NCBI GenBank assembly: GCA_040380025.1 | Contig: JBEIJY010000034.1 | Coordinates: 1-24,340, forward strand | Reading direction: 5' to 3' | DNA: 24,340 nucleotides | Source: Bdellovibrionales bacterium | GTDB lineage: Bacteria; Bdellovibrionota; UBA1018; CAIMNF01 | In this document: positions 1 through 6,849 of the stretch, one piece after another | How positions within the stretch are numbered: the first letter of the stretch is position 1 | Layout of the letters: each line of letters opens with the position of its first letter | Made by a program: the position numbers and the translations under genes | The notes under the pieces: generated by a model | Database searches by the model: none | Seen by the model: only the letters and a program-made list of their open reading frames with translations | What the model was told of the DNA's origin: nothing

Positions 1-701
1 CCGCGAAGGGCGATCGCCATGTAAAGCTCGCCCAACAAGCCGGAAACCTCGTTCTCCATGATCTTGGAGAGTTCGAACATCCGCCTGATCCGCTTGTAAT
101 ACGGGATGGATTCGATGTGCGGAGGCGGGTAATGGATGTACTCGTACAACTCATGATCCAGGGTCCTCATCCTGATCGCGAGATTCTCAATCATCGGTCC
201 GGCACTCTCCGCAATGGCCGGTGATTCCCACGAAACCCGATCCAGAAACCGGTAAAGCAGGCTCTCGGTGACCACCATTCTGTTATGAACGTAGGACCCT
301 TGCAGTTCCATCGCGGGATACTCCGAATGCTCCTCCAGATACCTGGTCGAAAAACTGGAGAGGGGACGGTGGATCAAGCGAATGTCCATGAGCAGGAATG
401 CCAGCTCGCTGTCCCTTGCGGCGGGCGAGCCGGACTGAACCCGCATCGGAGGTCTGCGGAAATGCTCGAATTCAGTCTCTTCATAATCATCCATGAAATC
501 CCAGATCAGGGATTCAGGGAGGAATGAGAATCCGGATCTCGGCGTTCTCATTTCGGGGTCACCTTCTTCGAACCGCGTCTCCTCAAACCATTGGAGCAGG
601 TGCCAGTCGTGGTTCTGCGCCCATGCCGAAGGGGAGCTGACACCGATCAAAACCGCCCAAAAGAACGCAAACCTGAATCCGGACTGCAAATACCAAAACA
701 C
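1..701 (-). CDS. Secreted protein, paralog of 773..2017 (putative PD-(D/E)xK nuclease-like family); 3' end runs off the window
   Basis: Not in the ORF track; translated by hand. The frame is open from 713 to the window edge; possible starts are TTG 710 or GTG 701. Signal-peptide-like RFAFFWAVLIGVSSPSAWA|Q. PPMRVQSGSPAARDSELAFLLMDIR matches the neighbouring gene at 20/25 positions; MFELSKIMENEVSGLLGELYM matches MFRISKQLEMSVSGFVGELYM. Confidence 0.9.
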   Translation of the reverse strand, partial: MFWYLQSGFRFAFFWAVLIGVSSPSAWAQNHDWHLLQWFEETRFEEGDPEMRTPRSGFSFLPESLIWDFMDDYEETEFEHFRRPPMRVQSGSPAARDSELAFLLMDIRLIHRPLSSFSTRYLEEHSEYPAMELQGSYVHNRMVVTESLLYRFLDRVSWESPAIAESAGPMIENLAIRMRTLDHELYEYIHYPPPHIESIPYYKRIRRMFELSKIMENEVSGLLGELYMAIALR

Positions 702-710
702 AACTGTCAA

Positions 711-739
711 CTTTTAACACGATGCATTATCTTTAACAA
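711..739 (-). promoter_or_regulatory. Candidate sigma70 promoter for the <1..701 gene
   Basis: Minus strand TTGTTA-17 bp-TAAAAG with a TG extended -10, in an AT-rich intergenic gap. Confidence 0.35.
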
Positions 740-772
740 GCCTCAATCCGTCCATCCCCGGCGGAATGGCGA

Positions 773-2017
773 TCAGCGGGACGAAGGCGGAGGCTTCAAC
801 AAGCTTGAACACGAAGGCCGGATCGGGGAATAAAGGGCCCAGCCCTTTGCTTTCATTCGATTCGCAAACTCCTCGTCCACTCCCCCCGAGGCCATGAGCT
901 CCATCCGGATGTCCAGGCCCAAGGACCGGAGCAATTTCACGATTTCCTCTCTCAGCTGGAGTTGCTCCTCCAGGGTGACGGCCCCTGCCGTTCTTTGCAG
1001 CAAGGCCAGATCGAGAACCTCATAATTCATTTTGGACTCGCCCAAAAAAATGGCCTCCCCTTCCTTCCGAATCACGTCCGGGCGTTCCCACATCATCCGT
1101 TTGTAGACATTACTGATCTGCACGTCGCGCCCGTCGTACTGAAAATGCTCCAAGGCCCGATTGAACAGAATCGGATATTGGGCCTCGAACTTGCGGAACA
1201 ATTCGGAATCCTTTTCGAGCCGCTTTTGCAAAGGAAACCACACCTGGTCGATCAATGCCTTGAGCGGGGGGGTATCGAGAATCCTGAGGCTGATCCCTAC
1301 GGTTTCGGGCAGGGAAACCCCCATGTACAGCTCTCCCACGAAGCCCGAGACACTCATCTCGAGCTGTTTTGAAATCCGGAACATCTTCTGCAAGCGCTCA
1401 TGCGCCACTGCAGGGAAAAGGGTTTGGGACCGGTCATCGGCCTGACTCTTCAGCTCCTCAAACAGGAGCTCCATGTAGTAATTGAAATCATCGATCTCCT
1501 TGATGAGGGGTTTCGCGACCTCAGGACTCTCACGGGCCATCAGGTTGCCGAACTCATCGAGCAGACTCTGCACCGCGCGCATTCGTTGATCCACATATTG
1601 AACCTCCCATTCGATCTTCGGATACCCCCCCTGAGCCTGTCGATAGTTCGCGGTATACTCCGCCAACGGCGCATGAACATACCGGATGTCCATCAACAGG
1701 AACGCCAACTGGCTTTCTTTTGCGGCGAGCGATCCGGGCTGGACCCGCATCGGGGGAAGGGGGCGATGGAAGAAAGGAACGACGTCGAACCGGTTCGCGA
1801 AGAAGGGGACACCGGAGACTCCCCGTCTTGCGAAATCCGATCGGGGCTTGATCATCTCGAGGCTTTTCGGGTCGAACGTGAGCTCCTCGTATTGCCTCAA
1901 TCGCTGGGCGTCCGATAACTGCGCCCGTGCGGAACCGGTCAAAAACATGGTCAGAAGGGCCAAAACGAAAGCCATGAAACTCCTGATTTGAACCATCGTG
2001 AATCCGTTCATTTCCAT
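773..2017 (-). CDS. Secreted protein with putative C-terminal PD-(D/E)xK (restriction-endonuclease-fold) nuclease domain
   Basis: 414 aa. Signal peptide ending ARA|Q (true start may be a later Met). Motifs in order: GFVGE(229), RPD(314)VI, FLGE(327)SK(329), then an EQL helix. C-terminal PSCSSLL. Confidence is higher for the CDS than for the nuclease call. Confidence 0.8.
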   Translation of the reverse strand: MEMNGFTMVQIRSFMAFVLALLTMFLTGSARAQLSDAQRLRQYEELTFDPKSLEMIKPRSDFARRGVSGVPFFANRFDVVPFFHRPLPPMRVQPGSLAAKESQLAFLLMDIRYVHAPLAEYTANYRQAQGGYPKIEWEVQYVDQRMRAVQSLLDEFGNLMARESPEVAKPLIKEIDDFNYYMELLFEELKSQADDRSQTLFPAVAHERLQKMFRISKQLEMSVSGFVGELYMGVSLPETVGISLRILDTPPLKALIDQVWFPLQKRLEKDSELFRKFEAQYPILFNRALEHFQYDGRDVQISNVYKRMMWERPDVIRKEGEAIFLGESKMNYEVLDLALLQRTAGAVTLEEQLQLREEIVKLLRSLGLDIRMELMASGGVDEEFANRMKAKGWALYSPIRPSCSSLLKPPPSSR

Positions 2018-2023
2018 CCCCGA

Positions 2024-3208
2024 TCAGTCCTTCGTGAGAAGCCTGGAACATCCGGGAGCCACCGCGGAATGCACATGAAGCGAGCCCCCTGCGGGAGAGC
2101 CGCGCGAAGGATCAACCAGGCGATCCGTGAGATAATGCAAATCCGCCCGCTTGAAGAGTTGTCCGAACCATGGTTCGGACTTCTTGCCTTTGACCGGGAT
2201 GCTGAAATTCCGGTTGAGAATCCTGATGATCTGCCCGAACGTCTCGATCTCCGCCGCAACGGATTCGGGAGAATTGCCCAGATTCGCCTTCGCGAAAACC
2301 ACCACATTGCAGTGAGGACGGGCGATGACATCGACCTCCTGTTCCAGAACCGCGCGGGAGACCAGACGCATGGCCTCGAGCGGATCTTCCGCATGGCTCG
2401 ACAGGTTGAAAATCGCGGGAAACTCGCCTTGGTACGCGGTCAGAGCGGTTTTGTCCCGCAAGATCGCCCAAAGGGGATCATTGCGGCCCGCCTCGCCGGG
2501 ATTTCTCCAGTTACGCCATCCGCGCTCCACTGCCTTGATCGGCACCGAAACACGATCCACCGCGGGAATCGAAACGACCAGGGTCAAAGTCCCGATCAGC
2601 TTCCGGGTCAGAGCCTCGCTTTCGCCAATGAGTCCGAACAGGGCATCCGACTGCATCGGAGTCAGAAGCGCGATGGCTTCGGGCACGGATGCGCCCGAGA
2701 AAGAATCCCGCAATTTTCGGAGCGATTCACGGAGACCCGAGACACTCCGCTCCAGAAGAAGATCCAGATCCGCTGCAAATCGAGAGGTGGACGGCTTGTA
2801 GAATTGCTCGTACTCGCTGAAAGCGGTGACCTCGAGAGGATTCACCCGGTTGAGAGCCACGTGCTCCGAGACCATTTTTGGATGGACCCGGAGCGACCGG
2901 GTTTTGATTTCATTCAAAATCATCCTGATCGCGGCATTTCTTTGCTCCAGGAATTCGAGCACTCCGGGAACCGTCCCGAGGCGCTCCACTGCCCATGATT
3001 TTTCGAGAGGCGCGTTGATTCCCTGAAGCTCCGAAAGAAGCGCGGTCAACCCGCGATCGATCGTTCCCATCGATCCCGGTTCCGGGGACATCAGCAAGGT
3101 GGGAGAATCAGACACAGGTTGGGCACTGGCAAGTCCGGGCAGAACTCCGGCAATCAAAAAAGAAAGCAGGGCCAAAACCCGATCGAATCCAAAAGAATCT
3201 CTTTGCAT
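2024..3208 (-). CDS. Secreted protein, diverged paralog of 773..2017 with degenerate catalytic motifs
   Basis: 394 aa. Signal peptide ending ASA|Q. Colinear similar blocks: LTALLSELQGINAPL vs LAFLLMDIRYVHAPL; EFLEQRNAAIRMILNEI vs QYVDQRMRAVQSLLDEF; FPAIFN vs YPILFN; EVDVI vs RPDVI; CSRLL vs CSSLL. Confidence 0.8.
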   Translation of the reverse strand: MQRDSFGFDRVLALLSFLIAGVLPGLASAQPVSDSPTLLMSPEPGSMGTIDRGLTALLSELQGINAPLEKSWAVERLGTVPGVLEFLEQRNAAIRMILNEIKTRSLRVHPKMVSEHVALNRVNPLEVTAFSEYEQFYKPSTSRFAADLDLLLERSVSGLRESLRKLRDSFSGASVPEAIALLTPMQSDALFGLIGESEALTRKLIGTLTLVVSIPAVDRVSVPIKAVERGWRNWRNPGEAGRNDPLWAILRDKTALTAYQGEFPAIFNLSSHAEDPLEAMRLVSRAVLEQEVDVIARPHCNVVVFAKANLGNSPESVAAEIETFGQIIRILNRNFSIPVKGKKSEPWFGQLFKRADLHYLTDRLVDPSRGSPAGGSLHVHSAVAPGCSRLLTKD

Positions 3209-3245
3209 GCGCGGCTAGGTAACACGCCGCACCTAAATCAGCAAG

Positions 3246-4040
3246 TCACAACCCGAATCCGCATCGTTTCAGCAAAAACTCGTGAAACTCCTCGTCCGTC
3301 GGAAACAAAAACTCCACATCCGAGCGCTCATCCTGATTGAACAAGAACTTCGAGTCCACAGAGCAGGTCTGATCCCCGCGCGTGATCGTGGCCACAGTTT
3401 TGAGCCCGGGGTCCCCTCCCCGCTTGTTCACGCGGACCACCGTACCGGAGCCTCGATACACGATCTGGGCGAATTTGCGGGCGAATCGATCGGGGTTTCG
3501 ATCCACGGGTGCGATCTCTTCGAGCGCGCCTCCCGTCACGTACTTGGTCTTGGCGTCAAAATCGACGGTTTCTCCGGTGGGCAGGGTCACCAACACCATC
3601 CCCCGATCGGCATCGAACCGGATCGCAGGCAGATTTTTACGAGGGAAAAAATAAATCCGGCTCCCCATGCGCTGAGAGATGCGATCCGTGGGGGAATCCG
3701 TCACCGCCATGTGCATGTTCTGCCTCGCCCGATCCCGGAACACGAATCGGTATTCACGGTAGGGACCGCACCCGATGCACTCAGGCTTCTCGGGAACGAC
3801 GGGGTTCACCCCCTCGTTTTCGAACGAGAACCCGTAAACTTTTCGATCTCCATCATGATACGAGACCGAGTACCCTCCGGCGGGCGCCCTGAAATCGATC
3901 AAATCCCCGGGCCTCGAAGGGCTCACGCGGTCAGTCTCGGGCGGCACCACCCGCGAGAGACCGGGCCTGTCGGCCTGTGCAAGGGCAAGAAGGGGGAAGA
4001 GCGCCGAAACGAGGATCAGGGAAGAACGGGATGAAGCCAT
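3246..4040 (-). CDS. Secreted hypothetical protein (about 264 aa, predicted beta-rich, 4 Cys)
   Basis: ATG at 4040 is preceded by an AAGGAG Shine-Dalgarno, preferred over the track start at 4091. Signal peptide LILVSALFPLLALA|Q. Contains ECIGC. Confidence 0.8.
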   Translation of the reverse strand: MASSRSSLILVSALFPLLALAQADRPGLSRVVPPETDRVSPSRPGDLIDFRAPAGGYSVSYHDGDRKVYGFSFENEGVNPVVPEKPECIGCGPYREYRFVFRDRARQNMHMAVTDSPTDRISQRMGSRIYFFPRKNLPAIRFDADRGMVLVTLPTGETVDFDAKTKYVTGGALEEIAPVDRNPDRFARKFAQIVYRGSGTVVRVNKRGGDPGLKTVATITRGDQTCSVDSKFLFNQDERSDVEFLFPTDEEFHEFLLKRCGFGL

Positions 4041-4177
4041 GGGGGGTCTCCTTCGAAGGGGGAGATTAATGGCAGTCGTCGAATAAATCAATAAATCTAA
4101 TTTAACAAAACCAAACGCACTCCAAGAGCTGGAATTTCCCGTTTATTTTGATCAAGATTCAAGCTAAAGTGCCGGCC

Positions 4178-4639
4178 ATGAATTTTCGGGTTCCTCTTCT
4201 ATTCATCTTGCTCCTTGCTCCGGGCCTTGCGAATTCAGCGGCCCCTTATCATGGCAACTTCATCATCTGCTCGACCGATGATCTTCGAATCAAGATGACC
4301 GCCGACCTCTCGGACGGAAAAGGCGAGAAAGTCGCGACCGCCGTCGAAGAAGGCGAGAAACGGATCTTCCCGGAGGTCAACCGAAAAACCCCGATCCATG
4401 ACTTCAAGTTCTATCCCGAAAAATCCACTCCGCTCGTGGTTTCGAGGCGGGGCGAACGCGTGCCCGAGATTTTGCTCGAGCGGGACCGGAACGACCCCGA
4501 ACCTCCGCAGGTCCTTTTTGACCGCAAGGAACCGCTCGTGTACCGGATGATCAAATTCAAAGCGTTTTTGACCCTCAAATCCCTGAACATCACCGGAGTC
4601 CTGGTGACCTGCACCGAGAGCCAATGGGAAACCGACTGA
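4178..4639 (+). CDS. Secreted hypothetical protein (about 153 aa)
   Basis: Start reassigned to ATG 4178, giving the signal peptide MNFRVPLLFILLLAPGLANSA. One Cys near each end of the mature protein suggests a disulfide. Confidence 0.7.
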   Translation: MNFRVPLLFILLLAPGLANSAAPYHGNFIICSTDDLRIKMTADLSDGKGEKVATAVEEGEKRIFPEVNRKTPIHDFKFYPEKSTPLVVSRRGERVPEILLERDRNDPEPPQVLFDRKEPLVYRMIKFKAFLTLKSLNITGVLVTCTESQWETD

Positions 4640-4689
4640 CCGAAAGGGAGTCCTCCCCGCTTTTTCGAGGTCTCGAACCGCAAAGTTTT

Positions 4690-4698
4690 TGATAGAAT
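4690..4698 (+). promoter_or_regulatory. Candidate extended -10 promoter (TGnTAGAAT), possibly giving a leaderless mRNA for the response regulator
   Basis: TGATAGAAT ends 6 nt before ATG 4705; there is no clear Shine-Dalgarno. Confidence 0.4.
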
Positions 4699-4704
4699 GG
4701 GGCC

Positions 4705-5376
4705 ATGTCGAAAGTTCTGGTGCTCGAAGATGAAGCCGACGTGCGGGAATTGATCATCCTTCATTTGAAGCGGGAAGGATACGAGGTTCACCCGTACGAG
4801 TCCGCCGATGTTGCGCTTGAAGCGATCGGCAAAGAGAGTTTTGATCTGCTCATCATCGACTGGATGCTCCCGAAGATGTCGGGCCTGGATGTGTGCAAGC
4901 GCGTGCGATCCGAGCTCCAATCGAAGGTGCCCGTGATGATTTTGACCGCACGGGCCGACACCATGGACAAAGTGCTGGGACTCGAGATCGGTGCAGATGA
5001 CTATCTGACCAAGCCCTTCGAGGTGCGCGAGTTCGTGGCTCGCGTCAGGGCGCTTCTGCGCCGGGCAAGTCCGGGGAATCTGAGCCTCTTCCGGTGCGGT
5101 CCGTTCGAGCTGAACGAGGCCTCGAAGAAAATCTTTCTCGACAAAAAAGAGATCCAGCTGACTCCGAATGAATTCAAGCTCCTCTCGACCCTGATCAAAA
5201 AACCGGGCACCACCTTCGAGCGGGCCGACCTGATCAAGCTGATCCAAGGTCCCGGGGTTGCCGTGGTCGATCGCACCATCGACACCACCGTGCTCGGACT
5301 TCGGAAGAAACTGGGCGCCGCCGCCGACCGGATCGAGACCGTCCGCGGGTTCGGCTACCGGCTGAAGGAGCTTTGA
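4705..5376 (+). CDS. OmpR/PhoB-family response regulator
   Basis: Receiver motifs VLVLEDE, LLIIDWMLP, ILTAR, GADDYLTKPF; winged-helix C-terminus LTPNEFKLL...IETVRGFGY. Confidence 0.95.
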   Translation: MSKVLVLEDEADVRELIILHLKREGYEVHPYESADVALEAIGKESFDLLIIDWMLPKMSGLDVCKRVRSELQSKVPVMILTARADTMDKVLGLEIGADDYLTKPFEVREFVARVRALLRRASPGNLSLFRCGPFELNEASKKIFLDKKEIQLTPNEFKLLSTLIKKPGTTFERADLIKLIQGPGVAVVDRTIDTTVLGLRKKLGAAADRIETVRGFGYRLKEL

Positions 5377-5378
5377 CC

Positions 5379-6155
5379 GTGGGAGGCCATACCGACAACA
5401 TCGATGTCATCGCGGCGCTCAAAAAAGCCGAGAAAATGCGGATTGATTTCGTGGCCAATGTTTCGCACGAGCTCCGCACCCCGCTGACGAGCATCAAGGG
5501 CTACGCCGAAACGCTTCTTCAGGATCTCGAGCAGGGCCACGCGCCCGATCCGCAATTCCTGAAAATCATCCTGAAGAACTCCGACCGCTTGCTGGCGCTC
5601 ATCAATGATCTGCTCGATCTTTCGGCGATCGAATCCGGCGCCGATGAGCTTCATCCGGCGCACCTCGAAATCAACGAGATCACCTCGCATGCCCTGCACG
5701 TGCTCCAGCTCGGCGCGGACAAGAAAAACACCATTCTGAAAAAAGAAATCCTGACGCCGATCGTGTTTGCGGACCCGAAGCGCGTCGAGCAGGTGATCAC
5801 GAACCTCGTCGACAACGCGATCAAGTACTGTCCGAACGGCTCCACCATCACCGTTCAGTGGTCCGAGGATCACGACCCCGCCCATCCGGCGGTGGTTTTG
5901 AAGGTCATCGACAACGGCCCCGGGATCGCCGAAAAGTACCTCGATCGCCTGTTCGAGCGGTTTTACCGTCTCGACAAAAGCCGCTCGCGCGACAAGGGCG
6001 GAACGGGCCTGGGCCTTTCGATCGTGAAGCATGTCATGCAGAGGCACAACGGCTCGGTCACGGTCGAGAGCACGATCGGAACCGGAACCACGTTTATCTG
6101 CCGGTTTCCTGCGGTAAACCCGGGATCGGCCATTGCCCCGGAGGGCGAACCGTGA
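5379..6155 (+). CDS. PhoR-like histidine kinase, HisKA + HATPase only (no TM or sensor domain)
   Basis: H-box DFVANVSHELRTPLT, N-box NLVDNAIKY, G1 DNGPGI, F-box LFERFYR, G2 GGTGLGLSIV. AAGGAG at 5365-5370 best fits GTG 5379; TTG 5373 is an alternative start. Confidence 0.92.
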   Translation: MGGHTDNIDVIAALKKAEKMRIDFVANVSHELRTPLTSIKGYAETLLQDLEQGHAPDPQFLKIILKNSDRLLALINDLLDLSAIESGADELHPAHLEINEITSHALHVLQLGADKKNTILKKEILTPIVFADPKRVEQVITNLVDNAIKYCPNGSTITVQWSEDHDPAHPAVVLKVIDNGPGIAEKYLDRLFERFYRLDKSRSRDKGGTGLGLSIVKHVMQRHNGSVTVESTIGTGTTFICRFPAVNPGSAIAPEGEP

Positions 6156-6168
6156 CAAGGTACGGGGC

Positions 6169-6849
6169 ATGCTTCTTTCGGTCAAATCCCTCGAAAAAAC
6201 CTATACTCGCGGCGAAGAAACCGTCCGCGCACTGAAGGGCGTGAGCCTCGACATCCGCGACGGTCAGTTCGTTGCCATCATGGGCCCGAGCGGCTCGGGC
6301 AAGAGCACCCTCCTGCACCTGATGGGCGGTCTTGATCGCCCCTCCAAAGGCGAAGTCATCCTGCGGGGCGACTCGATGGCCTCGATGAGCGATTCGGAGC
6401 TCTCGCTGTTTCGTCGCAAAAAGCTCGGCTTCATTTTTCAGTTCTTCAATCTGCTCCCCACCCTCTCGGCGCTCGAGAATGTGTGTCTTCCGCGGCTTCT
6501 TGGCAATGAGAGCATCAAAAAGATCGAGCCTCGCGCAAAAGAGCTTCTGCAAAAAATGGGACTCGAACACCGGATGCACCACAAGCCTGATCAGCTCTCG
6601 GGCGGAGAAATGCAACGGGTGGCGATCGCGCGCGCGCTGATCAGCGATCCTGCCCTGATTCTCGCCGATGAGCCGACCGGAAACCTCGACACGAAAACCG
6701 GCGAATCGATTTTGGGTCTTCTGCGGGAGATGGCGCAAACGACCGGGAAAACCATCGTCATGGTCACGCATGATCCGAAGGCGGCCTCGTACGGCAATCG
6801 CCTGATCCGGATGAAGGACGGGGAGCTGGAGTCGGATGAGCTTCTCTAA
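6169..6849 (+). CDS. ABC transporter ATP-binding protein, LolD/MacB/FtsE family
   Basis: Walker A GPSGSGKST, GFIFQFFNLL, signature LSGGEMQRVAIARAL, Walker B ILADEPTGNLD, VTHD. ATG 6169 preferred as start. Confidence 0.95.
   Translation: MLLSVKSLEKTYTRGEETVRALKGVSLDIRDGQFVAIMGPSGSGKSTLLHLMGGLDRPSKGEVILRGDSMASMSDSELSLFRRKKLGFIFQFFNLLPTLSALENVCLPRLLGNESIKKIEPRAKELLQKMGLEHRMHHKPDQLSGGEMQRVAIARALISDPALILADEPTGNLDTKTGESILGLLREMAQTTGKTIVMVTHDPKAASYGNRLIRMKDGELESDELL

Noticed and set aside
773..3208. Array as a restriction-modification or toxin-immunity locus
   Set aside because: No methyltransferase motifs and no small intervening immunity-like ORFs (gaps of 6 bp and about 70 bp); signal peptides argue against a cytoplasmic restriction role.
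4642..4666. Possible intrinsic terminator after 4178..4639
   Set aside because: The GGGAG/CTCCC stem is short with a 2-nt loop and is separated from the T-run; not convincing.
4705..6155. Naming the two-component pair phoB/phoR
   Set aside because: Similarity is family-level only; no pstSCAB/phoU in the window and no convincing Pho box seen.
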